A stretch of DNA of 64,000 nucleotides from Bacteroidales bacterium (GCA_035389045.1 DAOORA010000014.1:1-64000), one strand, 5' to 3'. Shown: positions 29,012 through 39,346, counted from the stretch's first letter. Program-made: numbers and translations. The notes: a model not told the origin generated them from the letters alone.

Positions 29012-30661
29012 TCATTCTGAAACGAAAAACTTCTTTACGACTTTTCCATGATCAGTTTCAAAACTGACCAAATAAATCCCTCCGGAAATAAAACCGGTAT
29101 TGAATTTATGAAAGCCAGAACTGCTAACATGGAATGTCCTGACGATTCTTCCATACATGTCGGTGAGAATTAAAGCCGACTTTACCTCGCCTGCTTTTAC
29201 ATCAACAATTATTTCATTTTGCAATGGATTGAGATAAATCAAAACATTTACATTCTCCGTTTCATCAATACCATAAGCACTGAATGTTATACATTCCGAG
29301 GTATCGCTGCAGTTACCCTGAGTTACAACAACAGCGTAATTTCCGTCGACAGGCGGCGAATAACTCTGATTGGTCTCATTATCAATCACTGCAAAACCGA
29401 TATCGCAATTAAGCCATTGGTAAGAGGCGCCGGGAGCAAGCGAGTATATGGTCATACCCGACAGGGTCACCGCGGTGTTTATGGTATCAAAACAAGAAAC
29501 TTCAATACAGTCCGATGTATCCACACAAACATCCTGAGTAATAATTACAGCATAATTTCCGGCCCAGGCCGGTGTGAAGCTCTGTCCGGTCGCGTTAGAC
29601 ACCTGTGCAAAAGCGCTGTCACAATTAAGCCATTGATACACCGCGCCCGAAGCATTGGCATTAATGGTGGTCCCCGTCAGGGAGACATCAGTGTTGACAG
29701 AATCAAGGCACCAGGGCGTATATTCCCACAGATCTTTATAAAAAGTATTATTTGTATTTCCCATACCAAAAAACCCCCGGTTGTTAATGGCAAAAGGAGT
29801 CCCGCAGGCTCTTCCCGTCCCTGTAAAAGTTTCCCGCTGCACCCAGGTATCTGTATCGGGATTATACTCCCACAATTCCTTCGTATAAGAAGAAGTCTGA
29901 AAATTATAACCACAAACCACATAGGCTCTGCGATCCAAAACAAATGTGGAAGCCGACGTTCTGCTGGCACCCGGAAAATTAGCCATCTGAGACCAGGTAT
30001 TCGTGGCACAATCATATCGCCAGATATCGCCCAGAGAAACATTATTGTTATCTCTTCCCAACCCGATATATCCATATTTACCAAATCCAAATTGAATTCC
30101 TCCTGATCGCGCAGTACCGGGAAAAGCAGCTTTCTGTATCCAGGTGTCGGTCGCAGGATTATACTCCCACAAATCGTTCAGGCGGTTTTGTGTACTATCC
30201 TGACCAAAACATAAATAGCCCTTGCCTGCAAATGAAAAAGCAAAGGCATCATGTCTCCCCGGACCCGGAAAATTATTTTTCTGAGTCCATGTATCAGTTG
30301 ACGGGTTATACTCCCACACATCATGGTAAGGGGTATAGCCGCCGGGAGCCCCGCTCCAGTATGCCCCTGAACAAAAATAAGCTTTATTGTTTATGACAAA
30401 AACATGAGATGAATAACGTGCACCTCCGGGAAAACTTGATTTTTGTGTCCAGATATTAGTTCCGGGATTGTACTCCCACAGATCACTGGAATTGGTAAAG
30501 CCCAATCCACGTCCCAATCCGGCGTAACCTTTAACACCTGCCGCAAATCCTACAGCCCAATATTTCGGGGTGCCTCCAAAATCGGCCTTCTGAGTCCAAT
30601 AACCCTGTGAAAACAGATTACATGAAACCAGCAACAAAACCAATGAACATATTTTTTTCAT
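29012..30661 (-). CDS. Kelch-repeat beta-propeller protein with T9SS-like C-terminal tail
   Basis: Signal peptide MKKICSLVLLL; six WEYNP..TWTQK..FPG..R repeats; duplicated YQWLNCD domain; GIYLVS..KKFFV tail. Confidence 0.88.
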   Translation of the reverse strand: MKKICSLVLLLVSCNLFSQGYWTQKADFGGTPKYWAVGFAAGVKGYAGLGRGLGFTNSSDLWEYNPGTNIWTQKSSFPGGARYSSHVFVINNKAYFCSGAYWSGAPGGYTPYHDVWEYNPSTDTWTQKNNFPGPGRHDAFAFSFAGKGYLCFGQDSTQNRLNDLWEYNPATDTWIQKAAFPGTARSGGIQFGFGKYGYIGLGRDNNNVSLGDIWRYDCATNTWSQMANFPGASRTSASTFVLDRRAYVVCGYNFQTSSYTKELWEYNPDTDTWVQRETFTGTGRACGTPFAINNRGFFGMGNTNNTFYKDLWEYTPWCLDSVNTDVSLTGTTINANASGAVYQWLNCDSAFAQVSNATGQSFTPAWAGNYAVIITQDVCVDTSDCIEVSCFDTINTAVTLSGMTIYSLAPGASYQWLNCDIGFAVIDNETNQSYSPPVDGNYAVVVTQGNCSDTSECITFSAYGIDETENVNVLIYLNPLQNEIIVDVKAGEVKSALILTDMYGRIVRTFHVSSSGFHKFNTGFISGGIYLVSFETDHGKVVKKFFVSE

Positions 30662-30688
30662 ACTTGTAGCATAGGCAACAAAGGTACT

Positions 30689-30788
30689 GAGAAAAACAGT
30701 TATTGCTGCAATATGCGAAGCTGAAGATAGTAAATTGAGAAGTGCGAAGTTGCAAACTTCGCACAACGGGTTGCAAACTTCGCACAAC
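30689..30788 (+). repeat. 100-bp direct repeat copy 2 (duplicate of pcrA 3' end plus hairpin)
   Basis: 98/100 identical to 28911-29010. Confidence 0.92.
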
Positions 30789-31057
30789 GGGGACAACTGG
30801 GTTTTCCAAAAGTACGCTAAGATCAATTTGCGTATCAATCACGGGGGGACTGCAATAATAAAGTTTTTCAAACAGTTTGAAGTTTCTAGTCACCCTGTGA
30901 TTATCATAACAAGAGCAGGGCGAACAATGGAATTTTTGATAAATTCAAATTTCTTTAACATTACCAAAGTTATATAAGTTGGTTTCAAAGAGATTGAACA
31001 CAACTTTATTCTCATGTTCATTATAAACCGGAATATTTTCGTCAAATTTTGATACGT

Positions 31058-32245
31058 TCAAAGCATTTCAAAAGGGATGCACATTTTGTGTTCGTTAAAC
31101 TGCCTTGTTAGTAAATATGATTCTTTTAGTTTTATTTCGGATGAAACACGGGCTACTTTATTAAAATCAATATCATTCCATCTTGATTTAACCTCAATGC
31201 CAATTTCCTGACCGGGCAAAACAAAATCAATTTCAATCCCGCTTCTCTTTTGATAATAATTGATTTTCTCAATATCCCTCAATTGGCAATACACTGCATT
31301 TTCAAACATACTGCCTTCGGAAAGCTTTCCAAAAACCGACAGTATTCCATTGTCACAGAAATATAATTTTCGCGAACCGCTAACTTGCCTGTCAGCATTA
31401 CCTGAAAAAGGCCGTATAAGCGAAATCATATAAGTTGCTTCAAGAAACGACAGATAACTATATACCGTGTCGCGGCTTATACCTGTTTCTGATGCCAGCT
31501 TTGATATATCGAGCTTTGATCCCGTGCGCTGAATTAACAGCATCAGCAAATCACGAAAAGCATTAAGGTTCTTAAAATCCGATAATTGCAGAATATCCTT
31601 CTGATAGTAAGATGAAAAAATATCTGAAATAAGTCTTTTTTTATGGTTTATATCAGAAGCGAGAACAACTTGTGGAAATCCGCCCCATTCAATATATTCA
31701 GAAACATACCCACTTAATTTTTCGTGGCGTATGATATTTTTGTTTTCTGCTTTTTGTTTAAAAGATGTTTCAAACGGAACAGAAACTTCTTTAAATCGCA
31801 AAAATTCCTGAAAATCAAGTGGGAATATTTCAAAAATCGTCTTTCTTCCGGCTAAACTTTCCGGAAATAAATTTTTCAGATAAAAACTGCTGGAGCCGGT
31901 AACAATGAACTTTATGGAATAATGGTCATATAAATATTTTAGTGCGTGAACAGATTGTGGAAAGTTCTGGATTTCATCAATAAAGACATACGCACCTTTT
32001 TCATTTTTGAGGCCTGCTTCTTTTAATCCGGTTAAAATCCGGTTAAAATCTGTTTCTTCAAAAATTTTCCGGTCTAAAAGATTTTCAAAATCCAAAAAAA
32101 TCTTGTTTTTTCCGGGAATTTCCTGAAATAACACTTTTAACACCGTGGTTTTCCCGACCCTCCGCATACCGGTAAGCACGATAATTTCGGAAGTATGCAT
32201 GGCTTCTCTGAGCCTGCCTGAAATTTTTCTTTCAATTAAACTCAT
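31058..32245 (-). CDS. AAA_14 ATPase with DUF4143 C-terminus
   Basis: GMRRVGKT, FIDEIQ, TGSSS, ESLAGRK, KLYFCDNG, FEN, EIDFV..IEVK; start set at MSLIER. Confidence 0.9.
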   Translation of the reverse strand: MSLIERKISGRLREAMHTSEIIVLTGMRRVGKTTVLKVLFQEIPGKNKIFLDFENLLDRKIFEETDFNRILTGLKEAGLKNEKGAYVFIDEIQNFPQSVHALKYLYDHYSIKFIVTGSSSFYLKNLFPESLAGRKTIFEIFPLDFQEFLRFKEVSVPFETSFKQKAENKNIIRHEKLSGYVSEYIEWGGFPQVVLASDINHKKRLISDIFSSYYQKDILQLSDFKNLNAFRDLLMLLIQRTGSKLDISKLASETGISRDTVYSYLSFLEATYMISLIRPFSGNADRQVSGSRKLYFCDNGILSVFGKLSEGSMFENAVYCQLRDIEKINYYQKRSGIEIDFVLPGQEIGIEVKSRWNDIDFNKVARVSSEIKLKESYLLTRQFNEHKMCIPFEML

Positions 32246-32296
32246 GTCGAATTGTTTTCGACAAATATACACAATTATGTCGAGTTGTAATCGACA
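32245..32296. promoter_or_regulatory. Paired palindromic operators TGTCGA-N7-TCGACA
   Basis: Copies at 32245-32263 and 32278-32296, overlapping and preceding the ATPase start. Confidence 0.6.
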
Positions 32297-32576
32297 AATT
32301 GTCAATTTTTATAAAACCTCAAATCAGTAAGTCGCAGGGTGCATATCAACGCAGAGATTATTTGCGTTCTTTTTCCCGAAGGAACATCTATGAAGCGGAT
32401 TTTCCCCTTGCATACTTTGTCATACAATTACATAAATTCAAACGTCTTTTTGATATTTCCAACTGAAATCGCCAGAGAAATACAAAACACGTTGAACCCT
32501 TACTTTTTTGACTTTGTGTTTGCAATTATAGATATCTGAAGCATTTTATGTAGATTTGCAGTTAAAACACACCTAT

Positions 32577-33713
32577 ATGAAAATTATCGTTCTCGGCGCC
32601 GGACTTGTCGGAGGGCCTATGGCTATCGATCTTGCAAAAGATGATGACTATGAAGTCAGTATTGCCGATATCAACCCTGTTTCATTTGAACACCTTAAAT
32701 CCTTTGATATTAAGACCATACAGCAAGATCTGTCGTTTCCTGAAACAGTAAAAAAAATCGTTTCGGAATATGATATGGTCATTAACGCAGTCCCCGGTTT
32801 CTTGGGATTTCAGACGCTGAAAGCCATCATCGAAGCCGGAAAAAATGTGGTAGATATCGCTTTCTTTCCTGAAGATCCATTTATCCTTGATGAGCTTGCA
32901 AAAAAGAATAATGTAACAGCCATTATGGATTGCGGCGTAGCGCCGGGTATGATGCACATACTTACGGGTTACGTGCATCACCTGCTGGATGAAACAGAAA
33001 CCTGCCTGACTTATGTAGGCGGGCTGCCCGAGATCAGGGAGTACCCTTATGAATACAAAGCCGTGTTTTCGCCTGTTGATGTGATAGAAGAATATACACG
33101 TCCCGCCCGGTACATTGAGAACTTTAAACAGGTGACCAAAGAGGCATTATCAGATGCTGAACTGCTGAATTTTCCGGGTATCGGCACACTGGAAGCTTTC
33201 AACAGCGATGGCATACGTTCGCTGGGTAGCACTATCAAAGCAGCCAATATCAAAGAAAAAACCTTGCGTTATCCCGGACACATCGCCCTGATGAAAATAC
33301 TCCGCCAAACCGGCTTTTTCAGTCAAAAAGAAATTGAGGTTAAAGGCCTTAATATCAAGCCTATGGATGTTACTGCAAAGCTCCTGTTCCCGATGTGGGA
33401 GTTAAAAAAAGGCGAAAGAGACATCACCATCATGAAAGTTATTGTTGAAGGAAAAAAAGCCGGCAAAACGCTGCGATACGCCTACGACCTGCTCGACCGC
33501 TACGACGAAGAAACACAAACTCACTCTATGGCACGGACCACAGGATATACAGCCACTGTTGCCCTGCGTATGATCGCCAACGGATTGTATACACAAAAAG
33601 GATTATCTGTACCGGAATACATCGGTAAATATCCTGAATGTGTGGAATTTATGCTGAGCGAACTGGCCCAAAGGGGTATAATATATATTGAAACCTTAGA
33701 GGAGTTAGACTGA
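32577..33713 (+). CDS. Saccharopine dehydrogenase family protein (lysine 6-dehydrogenase-like)
   Basis: VLGAGLVG, DCGVAPG, VGGLP, LEAFNSDG, EKTLRYPGH, MARTTGY. Confidence 0.88.
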   Translation: MKIIVLGAGLVGGPMAIDLAKDDDYEVSIADINPVSFEHLKSFDIKTIQQDLSFPETVKKIVSEYDMVINAVPGFLGFQTLKAIIEAGKNVVDIAFFPEDPFILDELAKKNNVTAIMDCGVAPGMMHILTGYVHHLLDETETCLTYVGGLPEIREYPYEYKAVFSPVDVIEEYTRPARYIENFKQVTKEALSDAELLNFPGIGTLEAFNSDGIRSLGSTIKAANIKEKTLRYPGHIALMKILRQTGFFSQKEIEVKGLNIKPMDVTAKLLFPMWELKKGERDITIMKVIVEGKKAGKTLRYAYDLLDRYDEETQTHSMARTTGYTATVALRMIANGLYTQKGLSVPEYIGKYPECVEFMLSELAQRGIIYIETLEELD

Positions 33714-33715
33714 TC

Positions 33716-34690
33716 TTGTTACATAAACCAATAGAGTTATTTCCGTGGGGCAGTGAAAGACCCTTCAATGCCTATTCATCCTATTGCATAAAAAAATTCG
33801 GAAGCCGCCTTCAGAAACTAAGTATCGACGCCGGGTTTACCTGCCCGAACCGCGATGGAACGTTATCTACTGACGGCTGTACCTATTGTGACAACAAAGC
33901 CTTCAACCCCTCCTACTGCCTGCCCGAAAAAAGCATCACACAACAAATTGACGAAGGCATTGATTTTCATAGATTACGTTACAGAAGGGCAACAATATAC
34001 ATTGGCTATTTTCAGCCGTATTCCAACACGTATAAAGAACTCTCTGAACTAAAAAAAATCTATGGCGAAGCCCTGGCACATCCCTTAATATCGGGTATTG
34101 CCATTGGTACCCGGCCCGACTGCATTGATGATGAGAAACTGGACCATCTTCAGGACTTATCAGAAAAACATTATATTTCAATAGAATATGGCATCGAATC
34201 ATGCTACAATAAAACGCTGGAAACCATCAACCGCGGGCATACTTTTGAAACTGCCATGGAAGCCCTAGAAAAAACTGCTGCCCGTAATTTATTTACTTCC
34301 GCCCACCTGGTGTTCGGTTTGCCCGGGGAATCCACCGGTGACATGCTGGCTCAGGCAGAGATCATTTCGCAACTTCCCATAAACAGCCTTAAACTTCATC
34401 AGTTGCAGATTATTAAAGGCACCATGATGGCTGAAGAATACCAAAAAGACCCTTCTGGTTTTACACTGTTCGATCTTGATGAATACATCGATTTTATTAT
34501 TGAATTTCTTGAACGACTGAATCCGGCGATCCTAATCGAAAGGCTGTCGGGTGAAGTTCCCCCGCGTTTTCTACTGGTAAGCACATGGGGGCTGATACGC
34601 GCCGACCGGGTGTTACAACTCATCGAACAAAGGATGAAAGAGAAAAAAACCTGGCAGGGGAGGCTTTTCACCACCATAAGCATGTATTAA
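33716..34690 (+). CDS. TIGR01212/YhcC-family radical SAM protein
   Basis: DAGFTCPNRDGT...GCTYC, YFQPYSNTY, GTRPDC, INRGH, KLHQLQIIKGT. Confidence 0.92.
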   Translation: MLHKPIELFPWGSERPFNAYSSYCIKKFGSRLQKLSIDAGFTCPNRDGTLSTDGCTYCDNKAFNPSYCLPEKSITQQIDEGIDFHRLRYRRATIYIGYFQPYSNTYKELSELKKIYGEALAHPLISGIAIGTRPDCIDDEKLDHLQDLSEKHYISIEYGIESCYNKTLETINRGHTFETAMEALEKTAARNLFTSAHLVFGLPGESTGDMLAQAEIISQLPINSLKLHQLQIIKGTMMAEEYQKDPSGFTLFDLDEYIDFIIEFLERLNPAILIERLSGEVPPRFLLVSTWGLIRADRVLQLIEQRMKEKKTWQGRLFTTISMY

Positions 34691-34805
34691 AATCATATTT
34701 TTCAAATAACACTGTATCTTATTCACAACCAAACCATTCTAAACATAGTTTTATTTAAACATTGCCTTAAACATTGTTAAATTTTATTAATTTTGTTTTT
34801 CAATT

Positions 34806-35417
34806 ATGACAACCGAAGAAAAAATTAAACGGGCAGCCCTCGAACTCTTCCTCGATAAGGGGTTTGAACGTACCAGCATCCGCGATATTGCAGGCAAAGC
34901 GAAAATCAACATCGCATTGATGAATTACCATTTTAAGAGCAAGGAAAACCTCTTCGATTCAATTTTTTCGGAATTGTTGAGTGCTTACACTCCCAGTTTG
35001 AATAATATTTTGAGTTCCGAACTGCCTCTGGAGGAAAAAATAAGAGAGTATGTGAGCAAGTACATAGATATTCTTCAGGAAAACCCGCGTCTTACCTATT
35101 TTGTATTGTCAGTGTTACAGCGCAACCCGGAAAAAATAAAAAAACTGCAGATTTTTCAAAGTTTATATGACACAGGCAACTTTGCGAGTCAATTTGTCAG
35201 GGCAATGAAAAAAAGAAACATCAGCAGCTATAATCCAACACAGTTTTACATTAATATGGTTTCTCTCATCACCTTTCCGTTCACCATCAAACCTGTAATC
35301 CTGGAAAAAAATGCTATGGATGAACAAGATTTTGACAGATTCATGCAGGAAAGAAAAAAAATTATTACCGACCTGCTGATACTCAGCATTAAAAAAAATC
35401 CGGCATTACCAGAATAA
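34806..35417 (+). CDS. TetR/AcrR family transcriptional regulator
   Basis: AALELFLDKGFERTSIRDIA..AKINIALMNYHFKSKENLF; TTAAACATTG repeats upstream (34755-34776). Confidence 0.93.
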   Translation: MTTEEKIKRAALELFLDKGFERTSIRDIAGKAKINIALMNYHFKSKENLFDSIFSELLSAYTPSLNNILSSELPLEEKIREYVSKYIDILQENPRLTYFVLSVLQRNPEKIKKLQIFQSLYDTGNFASQFVRAMKKRNISSYNPTQFYINMVSLITFPFTIKPVILEKNAMDEQDFDRFMQERKKIITDLLILSIKKNPALPE

Positions 35418-35452
35418 TTAATTTTGTAATATTTTTACCAAAATTTATTTTT

Positions 35453-36058
35453 TTGAAAAAGATATTACATATTTTTTTTCCTCCGGAAAACTGGAAAGCT
35501 ATCGTTGTTATTCTCCTCGGTATTTTTTTTGGTATCGGATTTTTCGTGTTGTACATCTCCAACGCCACTTCCTATCTGTCGGACGAGCCAAAAACATGTA
35601 TCAACTGCCATGTGATGTACCCACAATACGCATCGTGGGCGCACAGCAGCCATTTCAGGGCAACCAACTGCAACGATTGTCATGTGCCACACAACAATTT
35701 TGTTAATAAATACTATTTCAAAGCCAAAGACGGACTTCGCCATTCCACTATGTTCACTTTCAGGTTGGAGCCACAGGTGATACAAATTAAGGAGGCTGGC
35801 ATTAATGTGGTTCAGGAAAACTGTAAACGATGCCATAGTGATATGGTCAGCATGGTTTCCCTGACAGAAGTTACCGGTGAAAACTATAAAGAAGGCAAAG
35901 GACATCGGTGCTGGGATTGCCATCGGGAAGTGCCTCACAGCACGGTCAACAGTCTTGGCTCCTACCCTTCGGCGCTGGTTCCGCGTTTATCACCGGTAAT
36001 TCCATCCTGGCTCAGCAAAGCAAAAGAAAACAGTCAAGGCATACAATTAAAAAAATAA
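35453..36058 (+). CDS. nrfH: Cytochrome c nitrite reductase small subunit (tetraheme, NapC/NrfH)
   Basis: N-terminal TM helix; CINCH, CNDCH, CKRCH, CWDCH; HREVPH. Confidence 0.93.
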   Translation: MKKILHIFFPPENWKAIVVILLGIFFGIGFFVLYISNATSYLSDEPKTCINCHVMYPQYASWAHSSHFRATNCNDCHVPHNNFVNKYYFKAKDGLRHSTMFTFRLEPQVIQIKEAGINVVQENCKRCHSDMVSMVSLTEVTGENYKEGKGHRCWDCHREVPHSTVNSLGSYPSALVPRLSPVIPSWLSKAKENSQGIQLKK

Positions 36059-36062
36059 CTAT

Positions 36063-37505
36063 ATGAAAAGCATACGCGAAATAACAAAACAACGTCCCTG
36101 GGTACCCTGGGTATTATTTTTCGTAACAACCGTCGTTGTTTTTCTCATCGGGCTTTTTGCCTCCTCCATCATCGAAAGGAGAAGTGAATCCAAGCTTTAT
36201 TTTCAGGTTGTAAAAGAAATACCCGAATGGGAGCCCGACAATGCGGTATGGGGAGAAAACTATCCACGTGAATACAATACCTATATCACCACCCTCGACA
36301 CTACCTTTGCCAGCAAACACGGCGGAGGAGCCGCCATTGATTACCTGCAGAAGTACCCCGAACTTGTGGTGTTATGGGCAGGATATGCTTTTTCCAGCGA
36401 CTACAAGCAGGGACGCGGCCACTATCATGCCATTGAAGATATAACTAACACGCTGCGCACTGCGTATTCGCAGCCAGCCACCTGCTGGACCTGTAAAAGC
36501 ACCGATGTGCCGCGGTTGATGGACAAAATGGGAATAGCAAATTTTTATCGCGGCAAATGGCAGGATCTGGGAAAAGAAGTACTTAACCCTATCGGCTGTC
36601 AGGACTGCCACGATCCTCAAACCATGAACCTCCGCATCACCAGACCTGCCCTGATTGAAGCTTATGAAAGGTCGGGCAGGGATATCAACGCGGCTACCCA
36701 CCAGGAAATGCGTTCGCTGGTTTGTGCACAATGCCATGTGGAGTATTACTTCAAAGGTGAAGGCAAATACCTGACTTTTCCGTGGGACAGAGGGCAAACA
36801 GCAGATTCCATGGAAAAGTACTATAATGAAGTTAATCATATTGATTTTACTCATGCCCTGAGCAAAACTCCGGTTTTAAAAGCGCAGCATCCTGATTTTG
36901 AGATGTTTCAGACCGGTATCCACAGCCAGCGTGGCGTAGCCTGTGCCGACTGCCACATGCCTTACCGCAGGGAAGGCGGTATAAAATTTACCGATCACAA
37001 AATACAAAGCCCGCTGAATAACATTTCCGGATCATGCCAGGTATGTCATCGCGAAAGTGAAGCAACCCTTCTCCATAACGTTTATGAAATACAGGACAAA
37101 ACCGAACAAATCAGACGCATAGCCGAAAAAAACCTTTACCTGGTGCATGTGGGTAGCAAACTGGCTTATGATAACGGCGCCACCGAAGATGAAATGAAAT
37201 CTGTTCATCAACTGATACGTTCTTCGCAATGGTGCTGGGATTGGGTGGCTGCTGCCAACAGCATTGGGTTCCATTCACCTGTGGAATCGCTGCGGGTGCT
37301 GGCCTTATCTATCCAACGGGCACAGGAAGCCCGACTGCTCCTGCTTGAGGTATTGTTTAACCATAACGTGAAACTGCCTTTTGACATCCCCAAAATAGCT
37401 ACCAAGGCAGAAGCCATGAAGCTGATTAACCTCGAAATTGACAAAATTAAGGGTGAAAAGGCCGTTTTTCTAACGGATGTAGCCTCCGGATGGAAAAAGA
37501 AATAA
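36063..37505 (+). CDS. nrfA: Ammonia-forming cytochrome c nitrite reductase (pentaheme c552)
   Basis: Catalytic CWTCK plus four CxxCH; LWAGYAF, RGH, CHVEYY, KAQHPDFE. Confidence 0.95.
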   Translation: MKSIREITKQRPWVPWVLFFVTTVVVFLIGLFASSIIERRSESKLYFQVVKEIPEWEPDNAVWGENYPREYNTYITTLDTTFASKHGGGAAIDYLQKYPELVVLWAGYAFSSDYKQGRGHYHAIEDITNTLRTAYSQPATCWTCKSTDVPRLMDKMGIANFYRGKWQDLGKEVLNPIGCQDCHDPQTMNLRITRPALIEAYERSGRDINAATHQEMRSLVCAQCHVEYYFKGEGKYLTFPWDRGQTADSMEKYYNEVNHIDFTHALSKTPVLKAQHPDFEMFQTGIHSQRGVACADCHMPYRREGGIKFTDHKIQSPLNNISGSCQVCHRESEATLLHNVYEIQDKTEQIRRIAEKNLYLVHVGSKLAYDNGATEDEMKSVHQLIRSSQWCWDWVAAANSIGFHSPVESLRVLALSIQRAQEARLLLLEVLFNHNVKLPFDIPKIATKAEAMKLINLEIDKIKGEKAVFLTDVASGWKKK

Positions 37506-37532
37506 ACAAACCGCTTTAACAATAAGGAATAT

Positions 37533-38123
37533 TCAGCACAATAACCAATAAAAATAATGCGGCACAAAAAACCAAGCCACTATGATCAGGATGTTAAACA
37601 ACAGGATCAGCAGATTTTTGGCTTTAGGTCTATAATATTTGATAACCATAACAACAAATCTGATAAAACTGAACACCAGATAAATCAATATCAGGGGGTA
37701 TAAAACCAAAACAGGAATCCGCCATATTTCTCCGATTATTGACATAGGTAACAGATACTGTGGTTCAAACGCAGAAGAAGTACCGTGTACAAAAACCACG
37801 TATAATCCGTTGACCCAATAAGGTAAGGCTATCCACCCGGCAACAAAAATAAATACCAGCATGCTCAGATTAGCCAACTTATCAGCGGCCTTATGCTGTT
37901 TAAAAAACAAGCTGATGATGGTGATAATAAGTGCAATTATTGTGATCAGCAGGCCTGTAAAAATAATACTGAAGCGCAGCATATATTCTGAATAAGGAGG
38001 TAATGAATTTTCGTTATGATATACCGGAGGAGGGCTGTTCAGGGGGCTATAAAAAACGACGGGGATAACCAGCATCATTGTAATTATCGAAAGTACAAGC
38101 AATATGCGGGTGGTAGTTTTCAT
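37533..38123 (-). CDS. Hypothetical integral membrane protein
   Basis: About five hydrophobic segments; no known motif. Confidence 0.65.
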   Translation of the reverse strand: MKTTTRILLVLSIITMMLVIPVVFYSPLNSPPPVYHNENSLPPYSEYMLRFSIIFTGLLITIIALIITIISLFFKQHKAADKLANLSMLVFIFVAGWIALPYWVNGLYVVFVHGTSSAFEPQYLLPMSIIGEIWRIPVLVLYPLILIYLVFSFIRFVVMVIKYYRPKAKNLLILLFNILIIVAWFFVPHYFYWLLC

Positions 38124-38175
38124 GAATCCATTCAGTAATGAATCTGTTAATGCTCCATCAGACCAGCCAAAATTA

Positions 38176-38336
38176 AGAAATTGTTTTGATTTTATCTTTT
38201 CATATCTTTATGCGTCTTTTTAGCTGCAACTTCGTTAGATTTTTCGACATAGGATAAACTATGTCAGCAAAATCTGCCTCGTTTCGCTAAAAAATACATC
38301 ATAAATCTTATGTAACATAAAATCAAAACAGTTTCT
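38176..38336. mobile_element. 161-bp MITE copy 1
   Basis: 20-bp terminal inverted repeats AGAAA(T/C)TGTTTTGATTTTAT; internal GACATAG-GATAAA-CTATGTC hairpin; near-identical to 41875-42035. Confidence 0.85.
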
Positions 38337-38413
38337 AAGTTTTTACAATAAAAAATCAGATTATAAAAATAATCATTATGTCTGATATTCGCAAAGAAAA
38401 TCAGGTTTTTTCG

Positions 38414-39283
38414 TTATCTGTTGTTTTTATTAAGCAGGTCAAGGCAGTCTCTAAGACTGTCTTTCCAATGGGGTATTTTCAAGTTAAAATCCCTGATAAT
38501 TTTATCTTTACAAAAAGTACTGAATTGCGGCCTTGTGGCTGCCGTCGGATATTCTTCGGTACGTATAGGCTTAACGGGTATTTTTATTCCGGACAGTTCG
38601 GTAATAGCATTGGCAAATCCAAACCAGGTGGTTTCACCGGAATTTGAATAATGGTATATTTCAGGCTGTGACGGCAGGTTCTTCAATGAAATAATATCGA
38701 GTACTGCCCTGGCTAGGTCTCTAGCATAAGTAGGAGTTCCATACTGATCGGCAATAATTCTCAATTCAGTTTTTTCTTTTGCCAGCCGTAAAATTGTTTT
38801 TACAAAATTGTTTCCGTATGAAGAATAAAGCCAGGAAGTACGGATGATCAGGGATGGCAGATTATATTTTAAAATAACTTCCTCGCCTTTTAGTTTGGAG
38901 TTCCCGTACACTGAAACCGGGCCTACCGGGTCTTTTTCTGAATAAGGAACGTTCTTTTTACCATCGAAAACGTAATCGGTAGAGATCTGCACCAGAAAAG
39001 CCTCAATAGCTTTTGCGGTCTCACAAAGATATTCTACAGCCGTTGCGTTGAGTTCAAAAGCCTTCAGTGACTCCTGCTCGGCCTTATCAACAGCCGTATA
39101 GGCGGCACAATTAATGATCAGTTGAATATTATTTAGAATGACAAAATCCAAAACGTCCTTTTTATTACAAACATTAAGCTCCTCAATATCTGTAAAAAAA
39201 TAATCATTTTGGGGGTAAGCACCCGACAAAACCTGAAGTTCATTTCCCAATTGTCCTTTACTTCCGGTTATCAATATTTTCAT
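38414..39283 (-). CDS. rfbD: dTDP-4-dehydrorhamnose reductase
   Basis: ITGSKGQLG, NCAAYTAVDKAE, ISTDYVFDG, YGNSK, DQYGTPTYA. Confidence 0.95.
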   Translation of the reverse strand: MKILITGSKGQLGNELQVLSGAYPQNDYFFTDIEELNVCNKKDVLDFVILNNIQLIINCAAYTAVDKAEQESLKAFELNATAVEYLCETAKAIEAFLVQISTDYVFDGKKNVPYSEKDPVGPVSVYGNSKLKGEEVILKYNLPSLIIRTSWLYSSYGNNFVKTILRLAKEKTELRIIADQYGTPTYARDLARAVLDIISLKNLPSQPEIYHYSNSGETTWFGFANAITELSGIKIPVKPIRTEEYPTAATRPQFSTFCKDKIIRDFNLKIPHWKDSLRDCLDLLNKNNR

Positions 39284-39346
39284 CACATATTTTGGTTTTA
39301 TATTGCAAAGCAGGTTAAGACTGCAATAACAATAAAACTGGCTGAT

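Noticed and set aside
30662..30838. N-terminal extension of the Kelch protein containing CEVC motifs
   Set aside because: It is the antisense reading of the duplicated pcrA tail and hairpin; the signal peptide starts at 30661.
30790..31057. Possible small gene remnant between repeat copy 2 and the ATPase
   Set aside because: Only short ORFs without recognisable motifs; cannot be supported.
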